Assembly (NCBI RefSeq): GCF_006345805.1 | Contig: NC_043007.1 | Coordinates: forward strand, 56,978,001-57,042,000 | Reading direction: 5' to 3' | Source of the DNA: Octopus sinensis | Lineage: Eukaryota | DNA length: 64,000 bases | In this document: in pieces, positions 25,446 through 38,870 of the stretch | Numbering within the stretch: the stretch's first letter is position 1 | Layout: each line of letters opens with the position of its first letter | Program-made: the position numbers and the translations under genes | Notes under the pieces: model-generated | Databases searched by the model: none | The model's input: the letters and a program-made list of their open reading frames with translations, nothing else | What the model was told of the DNA's origin: nothing

Positions 25446-25959
25446 CTAGAAAGGTTGAATAAAGGGACCTCACAACCCTCTGCTCATTTGAAAACCCCTT
25501 TACAGGGTGGTACTCAATGCATTTTGTGGTACCAGTAGTACAGAGATTGTCTCACTTATCCGGAACACAGAGGAAGTGCTAGCTGCTGGTTTTCCATTGT
25601 GGAATCAGTACAAGAGGTGACACCATGTCCACAGGAGAGTATTTAGAGAGCTAAGATGTGTAGACCAGGGAGAGGAAATGGGGGGAGGCAGGAAACAGAA
25701 CAATGTTGGCAGTGAGATCAGAACTAGGTGAAGGGGACAAGTAGGTGCCAAGAGGACTTGATAAGTTAGGGCATATGCATTTTCTCACATGATCACAGAT
25801 CGGATTAGAAGTGAGAGCGATGATGTCAAAAGGATTTGAATGTTAGGTTGGAAGAAAAGAGCAGTAATATGAATGTAAACAGTAATCATATCCATTATTT
25901 ATATTTCAACATCAATTGACATTCCTTCCCCAAAAGATTTCATATGGAAAGGGATAAAA

Positions 25960-26340
25960 GTAAAAATGAATACAAAAATGATGAGATAATTAAAGAAGTG
26001 AAAAACTTAGAAAAACTGCAGCAGGTCCTTCAGTAATAAATGCTTAAATGCTGAAAGATTGATATTAGTTTGGTTTACTTTAACATTATTCAACAAATTA
26101 ACTAACAGAATTAATCAGGATAGTATTGTCTCTAATGACAGATTCAGGAAAAGAACATTTCTAATTATTACAAAAATATAGATGACTAATAAGAGGAAAC
26201 TATGAAAGATTAAATTTGGTGAATCCAGTAATGAGTCATAATACAACTAATACAGAATAAAGTAAAGTTAAATCAAATATAAATTAGGTTTTATACACAA
26301 ACAGTGGCAGTCAGAAAAATTGATGAGTACCTCGTTTTTG
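25960..26340 (+). mobile_element. Old RTE-like RT fragment
   Basis: EIIKEVKNLEK..AAGPSVINA*MLK, a degenerate KAAGPSGI-AEMLK motif. Confidence 0.4.
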
Positions 26341-27887
26341 TTTTCGTGGTTTTTTTTTTTTGAGAGATTTGTGATAGGAGATCAATAGAATGGTAGATGA
26401 AGGCTTTGGGAAGAGGTAGCATGGGACTAAAATGCTTAAAGAAATGTGAACGTGTATACCTCTCTTAATCCATAGCACAACTGAAACTTGATGTAGAACC
26501 AATTGTGATCATTATGTGTGCGTCATTGTGTGAGTTTGCACATGTATATATGTGGATCTGTTCACACATGCTTGTATGTGTGTATGGGTGTGCAAATGAA
26601 TGCAAATGTATCAGTGCGCATGTAACCAACAATATATCAAGTGATATACTAAGCCAGCCAATGTGTGGGGGTTCATGCACATACATACATTACATAAACA
26701 CATACCTATGTACAATGCTTGTTTGCATCCATGTGTGTTTGAATGACTGAATGTGTAATCATGTGTGTATTGTGTGTTGTCTGCATATGTACATATATGT
26801 TTGTATGGTTATGTAAATATGCGCGTGTGTGTTTGAATGTGCAGCTGCGTGTTAAAGCCCCCAAGAGATCATAGCCTAATCAATAAATGTAAGTAAAACT
26901 GGAACTAACAGTAATCAATAGAGTCAATGATTAGATATATTAACTAGTCTTGTTAAAGAGCAAGATTAACAACAAAAAGTAAATAAATATTATCATTGCA
27001 TCACATCCACAATAAAGCTATTTTGATAACAATTTAGAGATAGCAAAGCAAAATTAATGGGAATCCAATTAGAGATTGCTATAATAAATAATGGAACAAC
27101 CGTTTAGTTCTACTGCATCTCAGTCTACATGAATGAATGAAAGAATGAAGGAATGCAAGTGTGTTATGGTAACTGACTGGCAGATAAGGTTTGCATGCAG
27201 TGGATATTCAATGAAAATATAGACCACACATGGGTGTATATAATTCATCTTATTCATTTACTGGTTTCAGTCATTATACCAAGACCATGCTGGAGCACCA
27301 CCATGAAATGTATACTCGATTTATACAAACTCTAAGGTTTCATCCACAAGAAGAAGCAGAAATTTGGAAATTACTGAGCGTAATGAACATAATGTAGGTG
27401 GTATTTAGAGTGAACAGACATTTTAGGGAGGAAGGAATGCAGCCAGAGGGTAGTGTGGGATCTTGATGGTGAAACATGTGCCAGTGATATGTAAAATGCA
27501 CCCAGTACACTCAGGTATGATTGGCATTGGGAAGGGCATCCAACCATAGAAACCAAGCTAAAACAGACTGGAGCCTGGTGCTGCTCTCTGGTTTACAAGC
27601 TCTATTCAAACCTTCTAACCCATGCTAGCATGAAAAACAGACACTAAATGATGATGATGATGTCTGTTAATGATACAATGTTATATAAGAATCTTGATGT
27701 TATTGGAATTAGTAGAATTAGTAGAAATTAGTAGAAAGGCACTTTGTAGTATCCAGTTACAGCACTTTATGTTTGAGTTGAAATCTCTCTAAGTCAACTT
27801 TTCATCCTTCAAAGGTCAGTAAATTCCTCACAATATAAAGCCACCTCCCCATCTCAAATACTGCCACCCACCCCAACAATTAGTATC

Positions 27888-28260
27888 TTTTAACTTTTAC
27901 TTGTTTTAGATTATGGCTATGCTGGGACACCACCACAAAGAATTTTTAGTCAAATGAATTGACCCTAGTATTTACATTTTGTTAAGCCTGGTACTTATTC
28001 TATCAGTCTCTTTTACTAACCTGCTAAGTTATAGGGCCATAAACACACCAACACCCATTGTCAAGCAGCACTGGGGGACAAACACAGACACACACACACA
28101 AATATATATGCAATGGGCTTCTTTCAGTTTCTGTCTACCAAATCCAATCGCAAGGCTTTGGCCAACACAAGTAGAAGACACTTGCACAAAGTGAAACACA
28201 ATGGGACTGAACCCAGAAGCATGCGGTTGGGAAGTAAGCATCTTACCATACAGCCATGCT
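27888..28260 (-). mobile_element. Full-length tRNA-derived SINE (~370 bp)
   Basis: Same head and body as the copies at 36002-36432 and 58105-58489; CpG-decayed. Confidence 0.75.
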
Positions 28261-28724
28261 TGTACCTCATAGTGGAAGCTTTTCCCTTTTTCCAGTTTTT
28301 TTTTTTTTCCACTTTGCAAGTTACTTGGTAACTTCACTAGTGCCAGTGGCAGAAAAAAAAAGGCATCCAGTACACATTATAAAGTGGATGGCAATAGGAA
28401 GAGCTAACTCTGGAGTTTGGTGCAGTCTTGTGGCTCACCAGATACTATCAAACCATCCAACCCATGCTAGCTTGGAAAATGGACCTTGAATGTTTGTTAC
28501 ACTTTAAAAAATATTTTCTTTAAGTAATTGTTTCTTTAAGCATTTTTTGTTTTGTTTTTGAGATTTCTTATAAGAAACATTTCACCTTTTCTTGTCTAGT
28601 TCTTAATTGCTTTTAACTTCTTAACTTCCCTTAATCTATTCAGTTACAGTATTTCATCCTCTTCCTTTATCTACCTACCCCTCCTTCTAATGACATTATT
28701 TTGTTAGCTTTCTATACTATACAA

Positions 28725-29558
28725 CTAGCAGAATTGCCCAGCGTTGCTCGGGGCTGAATTGCTTGAAAGTACTGTTAATGATTGCACTGAATTATGATGA
28801 TTATTCAGGCAAATATTGATATAAGTTTACGGTGGGAGATAAGGACTTAATGATCAAACGTGTGCCATTGCATTATTTTGGGGGAACCAAATATCTGATG
28901 AGCATTATAGGGGCACCAACTTTAAGTTTGAGAAAGTGTGGTGGTAGTCCGGGGTGGTCAAAGGAATTGAGTTAGTTGATGACGTCCTCTGGGTCAGGAG
29001 TTGTATCGATAGACTGATATACATAGACTTCCCCAGGAATGAGTTTTAGCATTTCATCATTAATATGGTGAACAGTTTTATTCCTCGGGGCCAGAATAGC
29101 CCTTTGGCCAATCCAATCCATATTCTGATAATTAGCTTGTAGATCTTGGAACACTGCATCTCTGAGATCAGAAGGCGTCTTAACAAAGGTACAAATGGAA
29201 TCGATAGCAATATTACCAGTTTCATCCCCTGGTATTTTGCCTTCGCCAAGTGCAAGGAGGGTGTGAGGAAATGCTGCTGATGTGATATTACGTTGCATAT
29301 GAGCACACATATTGGTGTGAAGTTTAAGAGTTACTTCCCTTTATTTAAAAAATATGCATTAAAATGGAAAGAAATGATGGTAAATTATTTGTAAAATCGT
29401 AGACTCATCGTAGACGCGCGCTAATACCCAGAAGGGCTCGATATGAATCACGACTATAAGATACCCGGTTTTGGTTAAACTGCATCGCAAAATGTGGGAG
29501 TAGTTAGGAATCTAAATCGGAGTAGACAGACACACAACCTTTCTTTTACATATAAAGA
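28725..29558 (-). mobile_element. Internally deleted Helitron (family B) retaining a PIF1-type helicase fragment
   Basis: 5' A|TCTTTATAT at 29558, and a 3' hairpin gccccgagcaacgctgggc plus CTAG|T at 28725. Encodes RAILAPRNKTVHHIN and LNS..GLPPHFLKLKVGAPIMLIR..CNGTRL across a stop and a frameshift. Confidence 0.9.
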
Positions 29559-29559
29559 T

Positions 29560-30080
29560 TTTTGTCCTAAAAAACTTTGTATGGATTGAATGGTTACCTC
29601 TATGGAAATATATACACGCACATTATACATACATGTGTGTATAGATGAATATATAAATACATTTAAATATCTATATACACTTTTGGGCGATCTTTCTGCT
29701 ACTTAGAGATAACTTTAGATCTTATTTTCGTCCTAAAAAACTTTGTGCGGAGTGAATAGTTACGTCTACGGAAATATATACACACACATTATACATACAT
29801 CTGTGTATAGATGAATATATAAATACATTTAAATATCTTTATACACTTTTGGGCGATCTTTCTGCTACTTGGATATACTTTGGATCTTATATTCATCCTA
29901 CATAACTTTGTATGGAGTGAATGGTTACCTCTATGAAAATATATACACACACATTATACATACATCTGTGTATAGTTGAATATATAAATACATTTAAATA
30001 TCTATATACACTTTTGGGCGATCTTTCTGCTACTTGGATATACTTTAGATCTTATATTCGTCCTAAAAAACTTTGTATGA
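29560..30080. repeat. 165-bp tandem repeat, ~3.1 copies
   Basis: Anchor gtcctaaaaaactttgt at 29564, 29730, 29895 (variant) and 30060. Confidence 0.9.
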
Positions 30081-30359
30081 ATTGAAAAATAAAATGAATT
30101 GAAATTTTTAAGAAAGGAATTTGTTTACATACATGTGTGAAATGGCAAATGTTTGTGCAGTTGTCCGAAATGGAACCAGGATAAATGTGTGGAACTGATG
30201 TATAATAATGAATAGGCCTTCTTGTTGTGAATATTAATTTGATGAATATGAACTGAAAACCAGTGGTGTAGCAAAAAGGATGACCAGTCTGACTGGCTCA
30301 TCCCTGTCACACACGCACACACACACACCCTCACACACACACACACACACACATACACG

Positions 30360-31027
30360 TTAGCTTACAATTTTATTTATATATTTGCGTGTCTATGTGT
30401 GTAAAGAGGAAGTGGGAGTAATATGCAGAGTAAAGGCTTTGAAGTGAAATGGTAGTTTTCTCAAATTTTTTCTGAAATGGGGGTGAAATTGAAAGAAATT
30501 TTGTATGTCATGACCGAATGGAAGTACTTTGAAAAATCATAGGTAAACTCTAATTGAAGAAATTGTGTGAGGAGTAAATCGTTATGTATTTATTTGTTTC
30601 TGTTTGCTGTGTTTTTTTTTTTGAGTAGTGGTTTAAGGTACACTAGCAAAGAGAAAGTATGAGAAATTATGGTGATAGCATGAGTGATCCGTTTTATATA
30701 AATACTTTCACTTTAATCGTTGCACACTTGCAAAGAGAAAGGAGAAATTAGGGTGATAGCGTGAGTGAAGCAGATCGCTCCGTTTTTGTGTGTGTGTGTG
30801 TGTGCTGTAGCCCACACTAAGAAAAGCACTTCACTTACACACCACAATGTGAGTTTTCTCGAAATTTTGCTTAATTGGGGTTGAAATTTGAAAAACTGGA
30901 CCTGGCACAACCCGATGTATTCTACTCTTAAAAATGCTAGGTAAATTGTAATTGAAGAAATCCTATAGTGTAGATTTCTATAAGAGACAAAGGGAGGCAG
31001 ATAAAATCTGCCTTTTATAATAAGAGA
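30360..31027 (-). mobile_element. Helitron-like family-A 5' portion
   Basis: A|TCTCTTATTATAAAAGGCAGATTTTATCTGCC start. The first ~250 bp match 1670-1910 in inverted orientation. Confidence 0.7.
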
Positions 31028-32859
31028 TGATGATGATGTTTGGGGATAGTAGCTAGGTAAAGCATATAGTATGTGATCTGAATAGAGTGAGATACAGAAG
31101 TGGTGACACAGACAAATTTGATCATAGGTCTGTTCAATTAGACCAAACCTAACTGAATAGACCTATTCAATCAATCACCATCTATTAAGACGTTTTCAGA
31201 AGTCCTTTGTCTATAGTATCCTTTCTTTTCTTTCTCTTTTTTTTATTTCAGAAAGTAGAGTGGGATGGAGGTGATATACTATAGGTAAGTTACTCTTTCT
31301 TTATATATTTTATTATGTTCATTTATTTTGCTTAGTGAATGATCTTCAGATGTTGAGTCTCACGAGGCAATGACAAGTGGTTGAGACCTCTAGAGAATTG
31401 CTTGTCAAGCTAAGTGAAATCTTGGTTGTGGCCAGTGCCAGTGACACGTTTTAGACATCTGTGCCAGTGACATAGCAAAGGCACCTTTGCTGGTGACTTG
31501 TAAAAAATGCCCAGTACACTCTGAGAAGTGGCTGATGTTAGGAAGGGCATCCAGCTGAAGATACCAAGCCAAAATAGACTAGAGCCTGGTGCAGTTCTGC
31601 GGTTCACCAGCTCCAGTCAAGCCATCTAATTCATGCCAGCATAGAAAGCTGATGCATGATGATGATGATGCGTAAGGAAGGCAGTGTCCATGACCCTTTA
31701 CAGGGTTTTGAAATAGGTGAGTGAGAAAGAAAGAGAGAAGTGTGCTTAAACTAGAGACTTGACCCAAATGCTTGCAACAGTGTTGGCCTCATTGAAGACA
31801 CCCAAGGTGCCAGGTGATGGTAATGAATCAAGCAATGAGTAAAGCGTACAAACCAAATAGACCACAGTGAAATTTTACCCCAGGACTCAGAGAGCTCCAA
31901 TAAATACCTCAAGGCATCTCGTCCAACATTCTAACAATCTTGCCAGTCCACTACCCAGAATTGGTACTTTATTCATCGATTCCCAAAAGAATGAAAAGCA
32001 AAGCTGACCTTGGCAGAACTGAACACAGGATGCAATAAGTCAGGATAAACACTATGATTTCATCTGAGGCTAACAACTGCCAGTTCATTACCTCAATCAA
32101 TTCAGGTGTAAGAAAGCAGCAAAAGTTCACCAGGTAAAGAAGCAGATAATATTATAGAAGACACAGAAGAATGATACAGTTCAATGGTGGACCACTAACA
32201 GGGGGAAACTGTTTGTATTATGAGACATACAAGCTCTTTGGTGCATGTGATATTTGTATGTGGTAGGTACACTGTCCTAGATATGCGGATACCACTCTAA
32301 TATACACAGCAGTAAATACATTTAGTACTGAAATATTTTAAAAAAAGAACACAAACCATTGTCATGAACTATGTGGGACAATTTAGCATTTGAAGAAAAT
32401 TAATTCTAGATCAATGGTTCTCAACCAGAGTCCACAAAATATTTTAACAATTCCCAATAATATTTAATCATAAAAATATAAGGGAATTTTTTCAAAAATT
32501 AAATGGCTATATGAGTGCATTATCATCATCATCATTTAATGTCTGTTTTCTATGCCGGCATAGGTTGTATGGTTTGCCTGGGGTCTGGGAAGACAGGAAG
32601 TTGCACCAGGCCCCAATCTGATCTGGCAGTGTTTCTACAACTGGATGCCCTTCCTAATGCCAACCACACTGAGAGTGTAGTAGGTGCTTTTTACATGCCA
32701 CCAGCACAGGGGCCAGAGGAGCTGGCATCAACCACGATCAGATGTTGTTTTTTATATGTCACCGGCATGGAAGCCAGTCAAAGCGGCACTGGCATCGGCC
32801 ATGTTCGGATGGTGCTTTTTATGCGCTACCGGCACGGGGCTCACAACTACAATTTCCAT

Positions 32860-33610
32860 TTGATTTGATTTTGATATTGCTGTTGATGTACTTGACTCAA
32901 TAGGTCTCCTCAAGCATGGCAGGTCGCCCTGCGATCCAAGGTACTTTTGAGTGGGCTGGTTATGCGACACTGGTGTAGATTACAGCTGTGGACTCACTTT
33001 ATTTGCCAGGTCTTTTCAGTCACAGGTCTCGGTCTTTTGTCATTGCCTCTGTGAGGCCCAACGTTTGAAGGTCATGCTTCACCACCTCATCCCATGTCTT
33101 CCTGGGTCTCCCTCTACCCCGGATTACTTCCACTGTTTGGGAGTGGCACTTCACACAGCTTTCCCCATCCATCCACAGTACATGACCATACCAATGCAAA
33201 TGTCTCACTTGCATGCCACATCCGATGCTTCTTACGTCTAACATTTCTCTCAGGGTGCTTACACTCTGTCATGTGTGCACACTGACATTACACATCTAGC
33301 AGATATTGCTAGCTTCATTTCTTTCGAGCCTACGCATGTCTTCAGCAGTCACAGCCCATGTTTCACTGCCATGAAGCATGGCAATTCGCACAAATGCATC
33401 ATACAATCTACCTTTCACACTGAGTGAGAGGCCTTTTGTCACCAGTAGGGGTAGAAGCTTACTGAACTTTGCCCAGGCTATTCTTATTCTAGTGGTAACA
33501 CTCTCTGAGCATCTACCCCCTCTACAGACTTGACCACCCAGGTAGTGGAAGCAATCAACTACTTCTAGTTTCTTCCCCTGGCATGGAGTCTGTTTTCTTA
33601 GCACCCTGTG
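32860..33610 (-). mobile_element. 5'-truncated RTE-clade LINE (3' end)
   Basis: KLEVVDCFHYLG...RIRIAWAKF...MLHGSETWAVT..., LHWYGHVLWM and RGRGRPRKTWDEVV. Same family as 20715-22370 but in the opposite orientation. Confidence 0.9.
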
Positions 33611-35514
33611 GTGTTTATTGCCTGTAGTATAAAATAAGATCCAAAGGGAGCCATAGAGAGAAAATAGTTGAGGACAACTAGTATAAATCTATATATTTGG
33701 GTTTTGATACTGTTGAATGAACAGGTTATCTTGTAATGTGCAGAATGTTTTTTTAAGACCTTTGCTTAGTGAGGAAATATAGATTTCAGAGAAAATGGTG
33801 ATGGTGTATATGACTATGTATGTGCCCACTGTACTATTAGCTGAAGAAAGAATAAACAATGTTCATAGATTTTTCAGCCTCCATCACTAACATGGGACAG
33901 AGACAATAGGATGAGGTTAACATGATTAATGTTTAATTTCTACACCTGAAGTTCAGTTGTTGAAGAGGAAAATAATATTTCCAGATATCTAGAATGATAT
34001 AGTTCTGATAGAAAAGATATAACTGAAGCAACAGGAAAATTAACCAAGAAGATATGGATATAAAAGACAATTCTACACACAGTACACTAGTGTAGGACAG
34101 ACTGTGTTTTATATAGAGTGGCTTACACTACACACTATAACCTCAGTATATGACAAATGTTTAGTATGTAGGTGCTATATTTTGTATCTGAAAGTATTTA
34201 AATGAACTTGGAATTATATCTCAGAATCGGCTATGTGTGTGGAATATATGAATTACCATGCTATGCACCATACATTAATGTGTAGCTCTATTTTGAGCAC
34301 TCCATACCATATTTCAATGTACAGCTGTGTGTGCAGTGTATAAATGTCCATGCTACACACCATACTTCAGTACAACTTAGTCTGGAGGTGAGGATTAATG
34401 ATTTTAATTCTTAAAACAGCACTGAAAACATTTTTGCCATACACTATATATGAAGGGCAAGTCAGCCAAATAGAGCGCACACTTCTGAGTTATACCCATG
34501 GATAGGAGAGTTGACAAAATAAGCTAATGAAACACTCAATTATATACTGCTCCTACTAATATAGAAGAGCATAGGCAGTTAGGTGGACAAAGACAAACAA
34601 ACCTAAGTGGTTAAGTGCCTTGGGCATGAACACAGCACAATGCTGACCTGGATATAAACTGTTATCTTTTCAGACAGTTTGCTAATACTACAACAATCAA
34701 ACCAATTACATATACTGATACACACATGTACATATAGATGCACATATATATATGAGGTAAATTGAATTGTTGTGCTGAAGAGATGTTTAGAAAGATTAAC
34801 GAAACCTTTTCTGTCCTCATGCCATGGCCAGAGAGCATGACTTCTAGCATGGCATACCTAAATGCATAGGGACTTTGTGAAGAGTAACAAACCTTAAAAC
34901 TATAACTAAAAGAGAAGCTGAACCCTACTCTGTCATATTGATTTGCCCATCTGAACTTTCATTGTATATTGATAAAGAAGTTTGTTGATCATATAAATAC
35001 TGATATCTATGAAGACCTCATATTCATTTAGGGTAACAGAAGATAAATGGCCTATTTTATGCTTTTCTTAAATGCTATAGCAACAAATTAAGTGAAATAC
35101 CTCTAACTGAGATTGGGAACTGAGTCTCAATTGGTGCTAGTTAGTTACAATAGGTGTATTTTATTTTGATATACAAAGTAATATCAATTTCTTAAACTGA
35201 AAGTTACAAACCTACAAGAATGAGATAGTGTGATATAGCTGTTTGTCATTTCCCCTATCAACAAGAAAGGCATCCAACAGCAAAACAAAGGCCCTATAAT
35301 GTACTTTTCTAACCCATGCTTGCATGGAAAAAAAACAACAAATAAATATATTTAGTTGAACATCAGTCAACTGAAATTTTCTAAGCAATAAGTAGACAAA
35401 GATGACTTGTAGAAGTATTTAAAATCTAAACACAAGGGAGATAACCTTAATAAAATCAGCTGATTAAGATTTCTGAACATTATGGACAATAAAGTTAGAG
35501 TGGATTTAGTAACT

Positions 35515-35545
35515 GACATATTTCAGTCTCATTAGACCTCTTCAG
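35515..35545 (-). ncRNA. Degenerate hammerhead-ribozyme-like motif
   Basis: CTGAAGA-GGTCT-AATG-AGACT-GAAA-TAT-GTC. The core and stem II are present, but stem I does not pair. Confidence 0.35.
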
Positions 35546-36001
35546 TAAAGCATATTCCACTCATTTGTTTATATTAACATTATGGCTGAGGGGAAATATA
35601 GTCAGTTGAATAACTGATCAACTGAGATTATTCAAGCAATTACTAGACTCTCTTTAGTGTTGTTTAAAGTTAAAAGTTAATTAGCATTTTTCAATATCAT
35701 CCAAACTAATTACAATTAGGGCATTGTAAAACAGAGTTAAGTTTTCAGTTAGAAGTTACTACAAGTAAAAATGTAAACTTTGTCAACCAACTATTACTTT
35801 ATTAATGCTATAGTTTAAAACAACAGAAATATAATGGCGCCACATGAGTACTCCTGTATGGAAACTCTCAGACTTTCTGTACATGCAAGTTACTCAGGTT
35901 ATACCAATGGAGTAGTCATCTGATGATTATTAACAATTCTCACTTGTCTTCATACTCTAGCATGAACCAAATTTTAAATTTTTCAATTTTATCCCTACTG
36001 G

Positions 36002-36432
36002 TGGAGACATGGCTGTGTGGTAAAAAGTTTGCTTCCCAATCACATGGTTCTGAGTTCAGTCCAACTGCATGGTATCTTGGGCAAGTGTCTTCTATAGCTT
36101 TGGCCTTGTGAGTGAATTTGATAAACAGAAACTGAAAAAAGCCCATCATGTATGTGTGTTTGTGTGTGTGAATATGTATATATATATATATATATACATA
36201 CATATAAGTGTGTGTGCCTTTATGTATGTGTTTGTCCCCCACCACCATTTGACAACAAGTGTTGGTGTGTTTATGTCCCTGTAACTTAGTGGGTTGGCAA
36301 AAGGAACCAAAAGAATAAGTACAAAGCTTTACAAAAAATAAGTAATGGGTCGATAAGTTCAACTGAAAATTCTTCAAGGCAGTGCCCCAGCATGGCCACA
36401 GTCTAATGATTGAAACAGGTAAAAGATAAAAG
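36002..36432 (+). mobile_element. Full-length tRNA-derived SINE with an internal (TA)/(TG) tract
   Basis: Head ggctgtgtggtaaaaagtttgcttcccaatc and tail gcatggccacagtc..gaaacaggtaaaag. Confidence 0.75.
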
Positions 36433-37534
36433 ACTGACTTAATTGCTGAACAAACTCAGAGGAGGGATTTATCAAACATTATTGTTAGGAATATGACACG
36501 AGAAAATCATGTCATCAGGAACAATACCTCATTTCACCACTTCGTCCTACATCTTCCTTAATCTTTCTCTTCTGAATGTTCTTTCCACTTGGATTGACAT
36601 TTCTTTAACCAACTTTTATTAATACTGACATATGATACGTGTCAGTATCAGTACAGATTTTTCTCTTACATTTTGTGGCTAATTCTTTTATATATACATT
36701 TATTCTTGCACATCACCTCTGATCTATTGTTTATGCATAACATTATACACATCCAACAGAGTGTGTTCACCTCATTTCTTTCCAGCTTTAGAATATATTC
36801 TCTGTATTCAGTGCTCAAGTTACACTATCAAATTTCATTCATGTCATACAATCTGTGCTTCATTCAGAGAAAGAAATTGTTTGCTGTAGTCATAGGTAAT
36901 ATTGTTTCTGACTTCATGAGATTTAGGTACAAGATCATCAATTATGAGAGGAGGGAGTTAATCGATACCATAACCTCAGTACTTTAGCAAATTGACCCCA
37001 GAAGGATAAAAGGCAAAGCCAATTTTAGTAGGGTTTGAATTCACAATGTAAAATGCCAGAAGGAATGCTATGGAGCAATTTGTTTGACACTCTAATGATT
37101 CTGTCAATTCATTGCTTGGTAATATTACTAATGAATATAAGGTGGCAAGCTGGCAGAATCGTTAGCACATCAGGCAAAATACTTAACAACATTTCTATCT
37201 TTACGTTCTGAGTTCAAATGCTGCTGAGGTCGACATATCCTTTCAGGGTCAATAGAATAAATGCCAGTCATGCACAGGGGTTGATGTAGTGGACTTAACC
37301 TCTCCCCCAAAATTCTTGGTCTTGTGCTAAAACTTGAAACCTTTATTAATATTACTATTGAATACTTAACACCAAACAGAGATTTCACTCTATCTTCATA
37401 ACAGTGATTTCTTTGACAAGACTATTTACATATTTGTAGGATAAGGAGTATAGAGAACAGAGATATCTAACTGATACTTACGAGGCCCAGTAGGATTTAA
37501 ATTCAGAATGTCAGAAGTACTAATAATACAGCTG

Positions 37535-37671
37535 CAGGGCTGGCTCAAGGTACTGACAACTCGGGCAGTCGCACGGAGTGCCAAGAAGGGCATGACAAAG
37601 ACAAGGAAATTTCCACAACCGTCAACTTGTACATGCTTGCTGGGGTGCTAGCAACCCTAGGGCCGGCTCTG
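37535..37671. mobile_element. hAT-type MITE (137 bp)
   Basis: TIRs CAGGGCTGGCTCAAGG / CAGAGCCGGCCCTAGG with a perfect 8-bp TSD TACAGCTG (37527-37534 and 37672-37679). Confidence 0.9.
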
Positions 37672-38459
37672 TACAGCTGAATGATTTTCTTATCGTATTG
37701 AATGCACGAACATCACAAAATACTTATTTTTCTTTCTTTACCCATACATATTAATGAATGCATAGAATATGGAGACGATATCTGATGATAAAGACAAAAA
37801 TTCATGTGTATTATTAGCAAACAAGCTGTATATTATTAAGCCAGATGGCTATAAACAAGCTAGATATGTATTAAGCTAGGTGTGCATTAACAGGTGAAGG
37901 GATGATTAATAATTTTTTTTTTGTTTCAGTCCAAAGGCGGTGACCATGCTGGAGCACCCCCAGTAATGTATGCTTTTATTTATCATTTTTTGCACCTGTT
38001 TTTAATATCATTTGTATCTAGTATATCCCATAACACATTTATTCAAAGTGCTCTGAGATCAAATGCCGCCGGGGTTGACTTTGATTTTCATCATTTCGGG
38101 CTTGGCAAAATAAGTACCAGTTAAACACTGAGTCGATGAAGTCGACTTACCCTTCACCCGAAATTACTGGCCTTGTGCCGAAATTTGAAACAATTGTTAA
38201 TAATAGTAGTTGAAGTATTGTTGTTATTGCATCGTTTCCTTCATTCAAAGCTGAATGATTGTAAGAAAACCAGTTTTCCAGTAATCATGAACAAACAACA
38301 CGGTGAGGATGAAAGTGTTGACGCACGGGGAAATGTTTAAAATGCCTCCCCTCCCTCGCAACACAGGAGCTGGCGCCGGGTGAGTGCAGCTACCCAAATA
38401 AGAGACAACTGAAGTTTGGGTGTTTTGAGATTCACTGTCTGGCTGTCTATACATTTTTC

Positions 38460-38705
38460 ATTTATACATACATTTTTGCATATATATACATACTAACATA
38501 CATTTCTTATATATACATACATCTTTTTATATATACATACATCTTTTTATATATACATACATACTAAGATACATTTTTTTATATATACATTCATACTAAC
38601 ACATTTTTTATATATACATACATATTCACATTTTTTATACATCCATACATATTCACATTTTTTATACATCCATACATACATTTTTATATATACATGCACA
38701 CACAT
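38460..38705. repeat. AT-rich 20-30-bp minisatellite (atatacatacatctttttat variants)
   Basis: Directly visible imperfect tandem units. Confidence 0.7.
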
Positions 38706-38870
38706 AAAACTTTTCCGTTATATGTTTTTGCCATATCTAACTGAGTAGTGTTGCTTCATAACGTTTTTTTTTATCTTGCTAAATGTCGCTTTGCCAATGG
38801 AAAAATCGTTAACACTGTTATTATTTGTAGATCAATGAACGAAAGAGAAAGTGACTTGTTTAAATCCTAC

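Noticed and set aside
37476-37481. Perfect GTAAGT donor on the minus strand as a first-exon donor
   Set aside because: It borders SINE-like sequence, and no promoter or acceptor evidence lies upstream.
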